A program made the position numbers and the translations under genes. Positions 48,120 to 61,700 of a stretch of 64,000 nt of DNA are shown piece after piece. Numbering within the stretch: position 1 is the first letter of the stretch; each line of letters starts with the position of its first letter. The DNA comes from Paraphysomonas bandaiensis. Taxonomy: Eukaryota; Protista; Chrysophyceae. Under the pieces are notes generated by a model, which was given only the letters and a program-made list of their open reading frames with translations, was not told the origin of the DNA and did not search any database. The stretch spans positions 62,001 to 126,000 of the forward strand of contig CBFFRP010000378.1 of NCBI GenBank assembly GCA_965644295.1, given 5' to 3'.

Positions 48120-49955
48120 TCAAACGTATATAATCTCTTCTTCTCTGCATGTATGAGACTTCTCGACTATCACTTGGTAACTATCAGGTGCATAGTCACC
48201 ACTACTCGCATTGTCGCCATGGTCATCATTGTCATCAACTCCAAGTATCATTTCGCTATTTTCAAGAGATGCATCAGATTTGTCTCGGACTATCATCTCG
48301 TATTCCTCGCAGTGTACATCTACGTCACACTTATCATCACATTCGACAGGGACACCCTTATTTGGAGTAACGGGATATTCAGTATTAGTATAACAGCAAG
48401 CGCATATTGTCCGCAAAAATCGACCCTTGAAGTCAGGGTAGAGGACAGCGGACAAGACAATTACAACATATAAACAAGCCACAATCGCGAATTGACACGT
48501 CCATAGAATATAGAATCCTGAAAATGTATCGCCGCAGAAACCATCGTTAACTACAGTCACCCAAACCTCGTGTAAATACTGACATTGGGCATATTCCAGT
48601 ACGTTAACAATTTCAGAGAATGTATCGCTCACATGCGGAAGAATATCTTCAATCTATGAACAGTACAAAATGTTATGAAGTAAACTAAATATGTTACGAA
48701 TTACGCACTTGATTGTAGCAGGCTGTACTGATATCGTCATACCGCTGCATTTGGTCAAGTGTTTTATTGATATTTTCAGCGTAGGTTCGTGCGTCATCCA
48801 TCGGTCCTTCTAACGGATCACGTCCTACGCAACTAATCACAATATAATTACCGATATACGAAATATGGGCTACCAGAACAGAGTGTATAATATCTCGCAA
48901 CGTCTTCAATGTAACCCGATGGAGTAAGTGTAAAGATGCTCTCCGCGGGATGATAACAAAAATCAGACACTGCCATCTGCAAGCATATCAATCTATATAC
49001 ACAAAGCTATTTTTAAAAAACGCACCACCATCACCATTTCCACACAGGCTATACCAGCCAAGGCAATGATTAAGGCCTCTGTGACCAGAATGCATACTTT
49101 CAAGACAAATGCGTTATTCGATACAATACTTAACGAAAATACGAGTATCAACACAAAAATAGCACACACAAAAGTAATAACGACGTCGTTTTTGTAATTG
49201 ACTGCGTATGTATCGAGATGACTGTTAGCGATGTCAATACCCTTTGGAACGGAGCGCGTGTACGACTGAGATACATTGACAGCACCATCAAACTCTCTTA
49301 CATAAGTTGCAATGTCCTCTAGCTCCTCGTCGTAGGAACCGCACGAGTTGTCGTCGAGGAAATGCGCAACTCGAAGTGAATCATCTGCCATCAGATTTAG
49401 TGATCCTTCAACTCCACGAGCAATGTCACTAATGAAGTCAAGGCCATCCTGAATAGTATTAACACCGTTGTTCATATCATTATTGCCTTTCAATATAACA
49501 CAATTGGATGCAAATATTCCACACAGTAATAGAGCGCAAGTTGATAATATATAAGGTCGCTTTCTCTTCTCGCCGAGCTTCTTCTTCTCTAGTCCTTCCC
49601 TGCCACAGCACCATAGACCACAATTCAAGAAACATTTACAGAGCCCTCGACACTTCTCATAAAGAGTACGTAATAAAATAATAAGTTGAAATAATATAAC
49701 AGCTGCTGCAATAATAACTATTATAATAATAGGAAGAGTTATGAGTGATTTGCCGTATGAGTTGGCCTCAGATGATGATGATAAGTCGAATGTATTGCTG
49801 CGTCTATTCAATTGCCAGTCTAAATGAGGGATTTGATGAGCTTGTTTGACATGATCTGAAGGTGTATAATTATCATGACAGTGTCCATTAGAGATGTATA
49901 GGATAAGATACAGGGCTATAGGCTGTATAGGGAATATATGGTGATATAGAGACAT
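48120..49955 (-). CDS. Multi-pass membrane protein of Tweety/prominin-like topology; 3 exons
   Basis: Signal peptide, TM1, Cys-rich loop, TM2, long extracellular helical region, TM3-TM4, then MAVSDFCYHP, YIVISC, ..VNDGFCGDTFSGF, TM5 and an acidic tail. Assignment rests on topology and Cys pattern only. Confidence 0.65.
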
Positions 49956-50526
49956 ATCAGACCTATGGAGGGTAGTGGGAGGGAGATGTTATCTGAGAGA
50001 AGAGGGTAGAGATGTGGGAATGGATAATAGGTCCAATATGATGATAGTATATATCATCTACGAGGGGGGACTATGAGTGATATGATCATATGTACACTGC
50101 AGCTGTATGGTACACTCACATACCCTGTATATACACTATAAATGGACATGACTACAAAAAAACATATATCTTATATTTGAACCACTAAATACCCCGGTAT
50201 ATAGCCTAAATAGCTCAAAATAATGGGTTTAGTGAAGAACCCATTGGTGTAAAATAGCCATTTTTATTGTTATTGTGGTAATATCCTGCCATACTATACA
50301 CATGTACTGCTATACATCTAACACAGTACGTGTTGCTGACTGCTGCTGTATAGCATATATATATATATAAGGAGTATGTACATGTATATAAGTATGTACA
50401 GTACATGTATGTATGTTATATGGCAGTATGTGCATATGAACTATCAATACGACTATCACTCATAGCATATAGTAGAAACCTTCCAAGACAATCATAATAC
50501 TTACTCATTAAATCTAATTATTAATC

Positions 50527-50965
50527 ATGGTATATCTGATCTATTAACTTTACTGGCATTTAACTATACATAGGACTATAGGGGGCAACGATTAAGTGAG
50601 ATCATGTACTACATAATTACCATATTATTTGGAGTATGTACTGTGATAGTATCATATGAACTCATAATCAATTTGTTTGTATTAGGTTATTGCATGGATA
50701 TACGGTTACATTCATTCGGATTTTAAATTGACAGTATACGGATGGTTTGCAGGTTTATGTCTTGCTATTTTGGTAAGGTATTACTACTTACTCCATTGTC
50801 ATTCTCATATTTTTGTAGCTGTGTGTTCCAGATTGGCCATATTTTAATAGAAACAAAGTGGAATGGTTGGATGAGCTCCCAAGTCGTTCTGAAGGGAATG
50901 CTGACGAGTCCAGCAAAAGTGAGAAAGCACGAAAGAAAAGACGAACAACTAAGAAGAAAGATTAG
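50527..50965 (+). CDS. SPCS1: Signal peptidase complex subunit 1 (SPC12); exons 50527-50529, 50574-50633, 50686-50772, 50819-50965
   Basis: Three GT-AG introns give M|DYRGQRLSEIMYYIITILFG|VIAWIYGYIHSDFKLTVYGWFAGLCLAIL|LCVPDWPYFNRNKVEWLDE..KKKD*, matching the SPC12 pattern MD..GQ.L.E..GY....F..VPDWP.FNR....W. Confidence 0.93.
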
Positions 50966-52164
50966 TCTACTTTGTTTTTATATTTTGAGCTTGTCAATAA
51001 TAGAGGACTTTAGGGCGGCTCCGTATAGTAACGCTTTTAAGTAGCATATGTTTCATAAATGCACGAGCAAGCCCTGCGACAACGAATACAGCGAGGTAGT
51101 AACCTCAATAAAATTCAAGCCTGCGCAGTCGCAGTGTATCTATTACATATTACGCTAGCATATAACGTAATAATTTTCTATAGCAGTAACATAATTAGTG
51201 AACAAGTGGTTGAGACATCCTATTATACCCATAAACTACCAGGAATGAGTAGCTCAACCACAGGGACTGGAATGAAATAGCAACCGCTAACTCACGTAAT
51301 ACAATATAATTATATTTTTTACAATAGCTAACTTCGATTCCTCTTCTTTTTAGTATGTTACATCTCCAAATTTCAAATTGTAGGTATTGTTCATAGTTCG
51401 TAGCAGGAAAACAACATCAGTTATGAACACTTGGTTGTACTAGATGAAAAGTGGATAGTCAATTGTCAGAGATGGAATAAAACTTGCTTGTATATCAGTT
51501 GCGAGAGCTTCATTATATATACAAATTGAGTTTAGGGCTTTTAATCGTAGAAACTTTCGCACATTCTCCCCTTCCGCGAAATAAGGAAGTTTATTGTAGT
51601 GCGATAAGTGCCGTTCTTCCCTAGACTTATGTACGTGAATGCTCATATATCAAACTCACGCTATTCTTATTTATTATTATTTAGTATGACTCATTTTGGA
51701 TCAAACAGGTTCTTTAAGAGTAACTAGTAATTAGTAAGTCCCTGTTGTGGCCAACCGGATGTAATTATACTTTGATTTGTACACCTGATGTTCGAGTCTA
51801 CTAGTTAAACATAATATAGACAGTCATTTCTCGGGTGCCATAGCACCATTAGCCTTATCTCCGAAGTTTGCAGATCTGGTGAAAGATGACAACTTCTGCC
51901 AAAGGATTTATTAAAATACTACAATCAAAAGTCGTAGTGAGAAGACAACATTCACCTATTAAAGTACACACTACAAAATATGACAAAACTAGTTGACTGC
52001 AGAGATTTCAATGATTATTAATCATTTCTGTACATAACAGCTTAAAATAACAAGCATAATATTAAACGTGAATCAAGAAAATATTAATCCTAATTGCTTG
52101 AGAAACATCGCATCTACAGCTAGTTTTGTACAATCCTCGACTTACGTCTTCACACACTGACTCA

Positions 52165-52345
52165 CTCTTCAAATTAGATTAACTGCAGCCTTTGCTCCTC
52201 TAATGCATCTCGCTACCAGCATATTCAAGCACTTAACGGGTTTCTTTGGACACATCCAAACTTCCACATTGACTGTTGTATCCCTGTTGCACATACTTGT
52301 TTCACAATCATCACAATCTCATTATAGGTTCCATTGATGTTGTTA
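52165..52345 (-). pseudogene. Possible decayed TRAF-type zinc-finger fragment
   Basis: One frame reads DCDDCETSMCNRD..WMCPKKPVKCLN; flanked by stops/frameshifts. Confidence 0.25.
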
Positions 52346-52815
52346 TTAATGTGCAGACTGTCGATATCTCGTTAGCTATCTGAGAACTCGAACTGAACTA
52401 CTGGGCGATAAAGCTGGCTCGAGCTTGACATATATCTCATATGTAGAGTGTGATGATGAGAAGATATCAGTCTATCACGATATATGATCGATCTCAGATA
52501 GATGGGAGACTTATGCTCTCTAAGATGATCATATCTATGCATATATATACGCATACACATATATATATATATGTATATACACATATATAGATATATACAC
52601 TGCTGTAGTATACATATACAGTCATGTCATTATAGAGATTTTATATTTTGGGTATAAAAAATAGTTTATAAATGCATCTGTCTGACCATGTATCGTAAGG
52701 TATGTTGATTCTTCTAGCTCTTCGGAGCCGGTTCTCAACAAATGATGAGGGTAACAAACTGCCGGCAACTTGCTGAAAAGCTCGTTCATTTGGTAGAAAA
52801 ATGGCACGCCACCGC

Positions 52816-53062
52816 CTACTTGTTACGCAATGTGCTATTCCCTCTGAACCCCCCCATTTTTATAACCCAAAAACCTAACCAATTATCATAAAACCCTATT
52901 TTACCATAACCCCTAAACTTCAAAACCCCTGATTTTAATCTACTTGTTACGCAATGTGCTATTCCCTCTGAACCCCCCCACCCAAAAACCTAACCAAATA
53001 TCATAAAACCCTATTTTACGAAAAAATCTACACTATAAAACCCCTGATTTTTAGCCTACTAT
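52816..53062. repeat. Two tandem copies of an about 124-bp unit rich in telomere-like AAACCCT motifs
   Basis: CTACTTGTTACGCAATGTGCTATTCCCTCTGAACCCCCC is identical at 52816 and 52940; each is followed by CCCAAAAACCTAACC..AAAACCCTATTTT..AAAACCCCTGATTTT. Confidence 0.9.
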
Positions 53063-53113
53063 TACTCTCAAAAGAGCATCCTACTGAGCCCACTATCCAC
53101 ATGATATAATCGC

Positions 53114-53298
53114 CATTAAGAGGTCCTCAGATGCACTACGAGGTCTGCAGATGCATTAAGAGGTCTGCATATGCATTAAGAGGTCTTCAGATGCATTAAG
53201 AGGTCTTCAGATGCACTAAGAGGTCTGCAGATGCACTAAGAGGTCTGCAGATGCACTAAGAGGTCTTCAGATGCACTAAGAGGTCTGCAGATGCATTA
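53114..53298. repeat. 20-bp minisatellite, 9 copies of CAYTAAGAGGTCTKCAGATG
   Basis: Directly abutting 20-nt units with 1-2 variable positions and no spacers. Confidence 0.95.
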
Positions 53299-54090
53299 GA
53301 TATCAGTGAACGAATGTATTGAATTCATAATGGACAATACTAACAAGGCCTGGATATATATTGCAAACCACTAACACTTGCAGTTAACCGATAGGGGGTT
53401 ATGTATGTATTGCTGTATGCTTATAGCACACATATAGACATATATATACGTACAGCTACTTCATATCCATATATAACCGTTACAGTTGGATGTAGTAAGA
53501 TGTATTGTTCAACTACAGTATCATGTCCTTCAATATAACATCTACACTGTACAGCACACATATAAGATACTGTATATATAAGAGAACTCCTTCATGATTC
53601 TATCATTAGATCATTAGCATGTGATGTATGGTAGTCTAATGTGTTGTTTACTTGTAGTACAGTACGTACTTTTATTACGATGTGATTATAAGCTCATTAT
53701 ATTCAGACCGTATCATATACTTTAATGTTGAAATCACCTGTCATTTGATAGCAGCAGTCACAGTGGTAATCAATTATACAACACGACAAAGAAAAGTCAT
53801 GAGTAGCAATTTATAAATGACTATTAAATAATAAACATAACCCATGAAATACAAATTCATTTTGTTCACACTGCATGTACAGAGATAATATAAATAGAAC
53901 AAGCGCAGGAATGCAATTCATGTACTCTTCGTTCCAATATTTAGTTTGTTTCCCTATGTATATGTCACGTCGTGATATTATTATGAATAAGCTTAACTCG
54001 ACTATATACAATCGATGAAACATAGAAGCATAATCTGAGCAACACAATATACATAGCTCGGATTTAGTCGAATATATATATCTATGATGT

Positions 54091-54402
54091 CCCTACTAAA
54101 TTTATCCGACGTTCTTACTAAACTAAAAAGTGCCACTTAGTAACACTTACTTCTATTCACACTTAGTAGCACATTTATATAAGTTTCACCATCGACAACA
54201 TTCCAAAACAATTTTTAAAATGAATCTACTGTCAACTATATATTTCTTCGTACTAAATTAAAAATGGCAGCTGAGCCTACTACATTTCACAAACATTCCT
54301 ACTAAGTCAATTCTACAAAATTTCAGTACGGCTCAACTGCCAATTTTAGATCAGTAGAAACATCTGCAAAATTGAGTAGAAACAAATGGAAAATTTAGTA
54401 GG
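54091..54402. mobile_element. Imperfect palindromic (foldback/MITE-like) element
   Basis: CCTACTAAATTT (54092) vs AAATTTAGTAGG (54391), and AAAATGGCAGCTGAGCC (about 54261) vs GGCTCAACTGCCAATTTT (54330), with many CTACTAA motifs. Confidence 0.45.
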
Positions 54403-55510
54403 TTTAAAAATGACGCGAGGATTTGTTGGCACATTAGGCCCATTAAACTGACAACAATATTATGTTATTAATAAAAAATAAACTACCTACAGAACATAGG
54501 GAAAAACGCATTTAGCACCCACTCATGAAAACTCTAGAATTAATATATACATTTCAGGGGATACGTCAACAACGCTTTCCTGAACTTGAATCATGATCAT
54601 GATAGCACGCCATTATTTATTTCAGTGCAGCTCAACTGCCAATTTTAGATCAGTAGAAACATCTGCAAAATTGAGTAGAAACAAATGGAAAATTTAGTAG
54701 GTTTAAAAATGACGCGAGGATTTGTTGGCACATTAGGCCCATTAAACTGACAACAATATTATGTTATTAATAAAAAATAAACTACCTACAGAACATAGGG
54801 AAAAACGCATTTAGCACCCACTCATGAAAACTCTAGAATTAATATATACATTTCAGGGGATACGTCAACAACGCTTTCCTGAACTTGAATCATGATCATG
54901 ATAGCACGCCATTATTTATTTCAGTGCAGCTCAACTGCCAATTTTAGATCAGTAGAAACATCTGCAAAATTGAGTAGAAACAAATGGAAAATTTAGTAGG
55001 TTTAAAAATGACGCGAGGATTTGTTGGCACATTAGGCCCATTAAACTGACAACAATATTATGTTATTAATAAAAAATAAACTACCTACAGAACATAGGGA
55101 AAAACGCATTTAGCACCCACTCATGAAAACTCTAGAATTAATATATACATTTCAGGGGATACGTCAACAACGCTTTCCTGAACTTGAATCATGATCATGA
55201 TAGCACGCCATTATTTATTTCAGTGCAGCTCAACTGCCAATTTTAGATCAGTAGAAACATCTGCAAAATTGAGTAGAAACAAATGGAAAATTTAGTAGGT
55301 TTAAAAATGACGCGAGGATTTGTTGGCACATTAGGCCCATTAAACTGACAACAATATTATGTTATTAATAAAAAATAAACTACCTACAGAACATAGGGAA
55401 AAACGCATTTAGCACCCACTCATGAAAACTCTAGAATTAATATTTACATTTCAGGGGATACGTCAACAACGCATTCCTGAACTTGAATCATGATCATGAT
55501 AGCACACCAT
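54320..55510. repeat. Tandem array of 4 x 299 bp
   Basis: GCTCAACTGCCAATTTTAGATCAG recurs at 54331, 54630, 54929 and 55228. Inner copies look identical; outer edges carry a few substitutions. Confidence 0.97.
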
Positions 55511-55727
55511 CATCAAAACGAATTACATAACCAAGACGAGCTTCAGAATAGACGTGTCTAATCATCGTGCCTAATAAAATGCCAAGATAATACATCAAAC
55601 CAACGAGACATTCAACCAAACGAAAAACTACCAAATCAGATATAAACCAGAAACTAGACTGTGGAGTGAATAAAACATCAGGGCCTCTAGAAGGCTGATC
55701 AAACTGCTAATCCAGAGGAATGGACGC

Positions 55728-58700
55728 TCAAGTCGGAACGCTGGTTGGCTGTCCAGTAGGTTGACCCGTAGGTTGCCCTGTAGGTTGTCCACTTGGCTGT
55801 ACTGTTGGTTGACCAGTAGGTTGTCCTGTAGGCTGTCCCGTAGGCTGACCACTTGGCTCACCGGTGGGCTGTCCAGTTGGACTAGTCGGAACACTAGTTG
55901 GCTGTCCTGACGGTACTACTGTGGGTTGTCCAGTAGGTTGACCCGTAGGTTGCCCTGTAGGTTGTCCACTTGGCTGAACTGTTGGTTGACCAGTAGGTTG
56001 TCCAGTAGGCTGTCCCGTAGGCTGACCACTTGGCTCACCGGTGGGCTGTCCAGTTGGGCTAGTCGGAACACTGGTTGGCTGGCCTGACGGTACTACTGTG
56101 GGTTGTCCAGTAGGTTGACCCGTAGGTTGCCCTGTAGGTTGTCCACTTGGCTGAACTGTTGGTTGACCAGTAGGTTGTCCTGTAGGCTGTCCCGTAGGCT
56201 GACCACTTGGCTCACCGGTGGGCTGTCCAGTTGGACTAGTCGGAACACTAGTTGGCTGTCCTGACGGTACTACTGTGGGTTGTCCAGTAGGTTGACCCGT
56301 AGGTTGCCCTGTAGGTTGTCCACTTGGCTGAACTGTTGGTTGACCAGTAGGTTGTCCAGTAGGCTGTCCCGTAGGCTGACCACTTGGCTCACCGGTGGGC
56401 TGTCCAGTTGGGCTAGTCGGAACACTGGTTGGCTGGCCTGACGGTACTACTGTGGGTTGTCCAGTAGGTTGACCCGTAGGTTGCCCTGTAGGTTGTCCAC
56501 TTGGCTGAACTGTTGGTTGACCAGTAGGTTGTCCTGTAGGCTGTCCCGTAGGCTGACCACTTGGCTCACCGGTGGGCTGTCCAGTTGGACTAGTCGGAAC
56601 ACTGGTTGGCTGGCCTGACGGTACTACTGTGGGTTGTCCAGTAGGTTGACCCGTAGGTTGCCCTGTAGGTTGTCCACTTGGCTGAACTGTTGGTTGACCA
56701 GTAGGTTGTCCAGTAGGCTGTCCCGTAGGCTGACCACTTGGCGCACCGGTGGGCTGTCCAGTTGGGCTAGTCGGAACACTGGTTGGCTGGCCTGACGGTA
56801 CTACTGTGGGTTGTCCAGTAGGTTGACCCGTAGGTTGCCCTGTAGGTTGTCCACTTGGCTGAACTGTTGGTTGACCAGTAGGTTGTCCAGTAGGCTGTCC
56901 CGTAGGCTGACCACTTGGCTCACCGGTGGGCTGTCCAGTTGGGCTAGTCGGAACACTAGTTGGCTGGCCTGACGGTACTACTGTGGGTTGTCCAGTAGGT
57001 TGGCCCGTAGGTTGCCCTGTAGGTTGTCCACTTGGCTGAACTGTTGGTTGACCAGTAGGTTGACCAGTAGGCTGTCCCGTAGGCTGACCACTTGGCTCAC
57101 CGGTGGGCTGTCCAGTTGGACTAGTCGGAACACTGGTTGGCTGGCCTGACGGTACTACTGTAGGTTGTCCAGTAGGTTGACCCGTAGGTTGCCCTGTAGG
57201 TTGTCCACTTGGCTGAACTGTTGGTTGACCAGTAGGTTGTCCAGTAGGCTGTCCCGTAGGCTGACCACTTGGCGCACCGGTGGGCTGTCCAGTTGGGCTA
57301 GTCGGAACACTGGTTGGCTGGCCTGACGGTACTACTGTGGGTTGTCCAGTAGGTTGACCCGTAGGTTGCCCTGTAGGTTGTCCACTTGGCTGAACTGTTG
57401 GTTGACCAGTAGGTTGTCCAGTAGGCTGTCCCGTAGGCTGACCACTTGGCTCACCGGTGGGCTGTCCAGTTGGGCTAGTCGGAACACTAGTTGGCTGGCC
57501 TGACGGTACTACTGTGGGTTGTCCAGTAGGTTGGCCCGTAGGTTGCCCTGTAGGTTGTCCACTTGGCTGAACTGTTGGTTGACCAGTAGGTTGACCAGTA
57601 GGCTGTCCCGTAGGCTGACCACTTGGCTCACCGGTGGGCTGTCCAGTTGGACTAGTCGGAACACTGGTTGGCTGGCCTGACGGTACTACTGTAGGTTGTC
57701 CAGTAGGTTGACCCGTAGGTTGCCCTGTAGGTTGTCCACTTGGCTGAACTGTTGGTTGACCAGTAGGTTGTCCAGTAGGCTGTCCCGTAGGCTGACCACT
57801 TGGCTCACCGGTGGGCTGTCCAGTTGGACTAGTCGGAACACTGGTTGGCTGGCCTGACGGTACTACTGTGGGTTGTCCAGTAGGTTGACCCGTAGGTTGC
57901 CCTGTAGGTTGTCCACTTGGCTGAACTGTTGGTTGACCAGTAGGTTGTCCAGTAGGCTGTCCAGTAGGCTGACCACTTGGCGCACCGGTGGGCTGTCCAG
58001 TTGGGCTAGTCGGAACACTGGTTGGCTGGCCTGACGGTACTACTGTGGGTTGTCCAGTAGGTTGACCCGTAGGTTGCCCTGTAGGTTGTCCACTTGGCTG
58101 AACTGTTGGTTGACCAGTAGGTTGTCCTGTAGGCTGTCCCGTAGGCTGACCACTTGGCTCACCGGTGGGCTGTCCAGTTGGGCTAGTCGGAACACTGGTT
58201 GGCTGGCCTGACGGTACTACTGTGGGTTGTCCAGTAGGTTGACCCGTAGGTTGCCCTGTAGGTTGTCCACTTGGCTGAACTGTTGGTTGACCAGTAGGTT
58301 GTCCAGTAGGCTGTCCCGTAGGCTGACCACTTGGCTCACCGGTGGGCTGTCCAGTTGGACTAGTCGGAACACTGGTTGGCTGGCCTGACGGTACTACTGT
58401 GGGTTGTCCAGTAGGTTGACCCGTAGGTTGCCCTGTAGGTTGTCCACTTGGCTGAACTGTTGGTTGACCAGTAGGTTGTCCAGTAGGCTGTCCCGTAGGC
58501 TGACCACTTGGCTCACCGGTGGGCTGTCCAGTTGGACTAGTCGGAACACTGGTTGGCTGGCCTGACGGTACTACTGTGGGTTGTCCAGTAGGTTGACCCG
58601 TAGGTTGCCCTGTAGGTTGTCCACTTGGCTGTACTGTTGGTTGACCAGTAGGTTGTCCTGTAGGCTGTCCCGTAGGCTGACCACTTGGCTCACCGGTGGG

Positions 58701-61700
58701 CTGTCCAGTTGGACTAGTCGGAACACTGGTTGGCTGGCCTGACGGTACTACTGTGGGTTGTCCAGTAGGTTGACCCGTAGGTTGCCCTGTAGGTTGTCCA
58801 CTTGGCTGAACTGTTGGTTGACCAGTAGGTTGTCCAGTAGGCTGTCCAGTAGGCTGACCACTTGGCGCACCGGTGGGCTGTCCAGTTGGGCTAGTCGGAA
58901 CACTGGTTGGCTGGCCTGACGGTACTACTGTGGGTTGTCCAGTAGGTTGACCCGTAGGTTGCCCTGTAGGTTGTCCACTTGGCTGAACTGTTGGTTGACC
59001 AGTAGGTTGTCCAGTAGGCTGTCCCGTAGGCTGACCACTTGGCTCACCGGTGGGCTGTCCAGTTGGGCTAGTCGGAACACTAGTTGGCTGTCCTGACGGT
59101 ACTACTGTGGGTTGTCCAGTAGGTTGACCCGTAGGTTGCCCTGTAGGTTGTCCACTTGGCTGTACTGTTGGTTGACCAGTAGGTTGTCCAGTAGGCTGTC
59201 CCGTAGGCTGACCACTTGGCGCACCGGTGGGCTGTCCAGTTGGACTAGTCGGAACACTGGTTGGCTGGCCTGACGGTACTACTGTGGGTTGTCCAGTAGG
59301 TTGACCCGTAGGTTGCCCTGTAGGTTGTCCACTTGGCTGAACTGTTGGTTGACCAGTAGGTTGTCCAGTAGGCTGTCCCGTAGGCTGACCACTTGGCGCA
59401 CCGGTGGGCTGTCCAGTTGGACTAGTCGGAACACTGGTTGGCTGGCCTGACGGTACTACTGTGGGTTGTCCAGTAGGTTGACCCGTAGGTTGCCCTGTAG
59501 GTTGTCCACTTGGCTGAACTGTTGGTTGACCAGTAGGTTGTCCTGTAGGCTGTCCCGTAGGCTGACCTGTTGGCTCACCGGTGGGCTGTCCAGTTGGGCT
59601 AGTCGGAACACTGGTTGGCTGGCCTGACGGTACTACTGTGGGTTGTCCAGTAGGTTGACCCGTAGGTTGCCCTGTAGGTTGTCCACTTGGCTGAACTGTT
59701 GGTTGACCAGTAGGTTGTCCTGTAGGCTGTCCCGTAGGCTGACCACTTGGCTCACCGGTGGGCTGTCCAGTTGGACTAGTCGGAACACTAGATGGCTGCC
59801 CTGACGGTACTACTGTGGGTTGTCCAGTAGGTTGACCCGTAGGTTGCCCTGTAGGTTGCCCACTTGGCTGAACTGTTGGTTGACCAGTAGGTTGTCCAGT
59901 AGGCTGTCCCGTAGGCTGACCACTTGGCTCACCGGTGGGCTGTCCAGTTGGACTAGTCGGAACACTGGTTGGCTGTCCTGTAGGTTGACCCGTAGGTTGA
60001 CCAGTAGGCTGACCCGTAGGCTGTCCCGTAGGCTGACCACTTGGCTCACCGGTGGGCTGTCCAGTTGGGCTAGTCGGAACGCTGGTTGGCTGGCCTGACG
60101 GTACTACTGTGGGCTGTCCAGTGGGTTGACACGTAGGTTGCCCTGTAGGTTGTCCACTTGGCTGAACTGTTGGTTGACCAGTAGGTTGTCCTGTAGGCTG
60201 TCCCGTAGGCTGACCACTTGGCTCACCGGTGGGCTGTCCAGTTGGACTAGTCGGAACACTAGTTGGCTGTCCTGTTGGTACTACTGTGGGTTGTCCAGTA
60301 GGTTGACCCGTAGGTTGCCCTGTAGGTTGTCCACTTGGCTGAACTGTTGGTTGACCAGTAGGTTGTCCTGTAGGCTGTCCCGTAGGCTGACTACTTGGCT
60401 CACCGGTGGGCTGTCCAGTTGGACTAGTCGGAACACTAGTTGGCTGGCCTGACGGTACTACTGTGGGTTGTCCAGTAGGTTGACCCGTAGGTTGCCCTGT
60501 AGGTTGTCCACTTGGCTGAACTGTTGGTTGACCAGTAGGTTGTCCTGTAGGCTGTCCCGTAGGCTGACCACTTGGCTCACCGGTGGGCTGTCCAGTTGGA
60601 CTAGTCGGAACACTTGTGGGCTGGCCTGACGGTACTACTGTGGGTTGTCCAGTAGGTTGACCCGTAGGTTGCCCTGTAGGTTGTCCACTTGGCTGAACTG
60701 TTGGTTGACCAGTAGGTTGTCCAGTAGGCTGTCCAGTAGGCTGACCACTTGGCTCACCGGTGGGCTGTCCAGTTGGACTAGTCGGAACACTGGTGGGCTG
60801 GCCTGACGGTACTACTGTGGGTTGTCCAGTAGGTTGCCCTGTAGGTTGTCCACTTGGCTGACCTGTTGGTTGACCTGTCGGTTCACACGATGGCACAGAA
60901 CTTGGCTTGAATGTTGGAACTTTACTTGGGATAGCGGTTGGCTGCCCTGAAGGTATTGTACTTGGGTTTCCACTGGGGGTACAACTTGGTTGTCCTGTCG
61001 GCTGTCCACTTGGTATACACGATGGTATACCGGACGGGATATGACTAGGTAAAAATGAAGGCATCGCGCTAGGTGAACCAGTAGGCTCACCACTTGGTAA
61101 CGAAGTGGGAACACGTGTAGGTTGACTACTTGGGGTTAGACTGGGTACTGACGAGGGGACCCCAGTTGGTTGGCTGCTCGGTTGAGTGCTGGGATTAGAT
61201 GACGGGGAAGCCGAAGGTTGGCCTGTAGGAACCACAGTAGGCTCTCCACTCGGCTCTGCACTGGGTTGTCCACTAGGCTGCCCTGAAGGTTCACCCGAAG
61301 GTATGGTGCTAGGCAGTGCACTAGGCATCGCACTAGGTAGTGTTGTCGGTTGACCAGATGGAATACACGATGGCTGCCCAGTTGGATCAGATGTCGGTTG
61401 AACGCTGGGTGCTCCTGACGGAAACGCAGATGGTATGCCACTGGGCTCACCAGACGGAATACATGTTGGCTGCCCACTTGGCTCACCCGATGGTTGACCA
61501 CTTGGCAAACCGGAAGGTATAACAGTGGGTTGGCCGGAAGGCATCCCTGAAGGAACTGCACTTGGCTGTCCTGAGGGAAAACATGTTGGCAAAGACGTCG
61601 GCTGACCGCTGGGGGATGTTGGTATACTGGAGGGCTGCCCGGATGGCACACAAGAAGGCAATCCGCTCGGCTGACTTGTAGGAACACAAGTAGGCTGACC

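Noticed and set aside
50900-50940. CTGACGAG...CGAAA hammerhead-like core
   Set aside because: Stem II cannot form and the sequence is the last coding exon of SPCS1.
51410-51700. VVLDEKW and FFPRLMYV resembling Tc1/mariner transposase motifs
   Set aside because: Short, separated by stops, no TIRs or further catalytic residues; indistinguishable from chance without a profile search.
53114-53298. CRISPR-like regular repeats
   Set aside because: Units abut with no unique spacers, no cas genes, eukaryotic context; it is a minisatellite.
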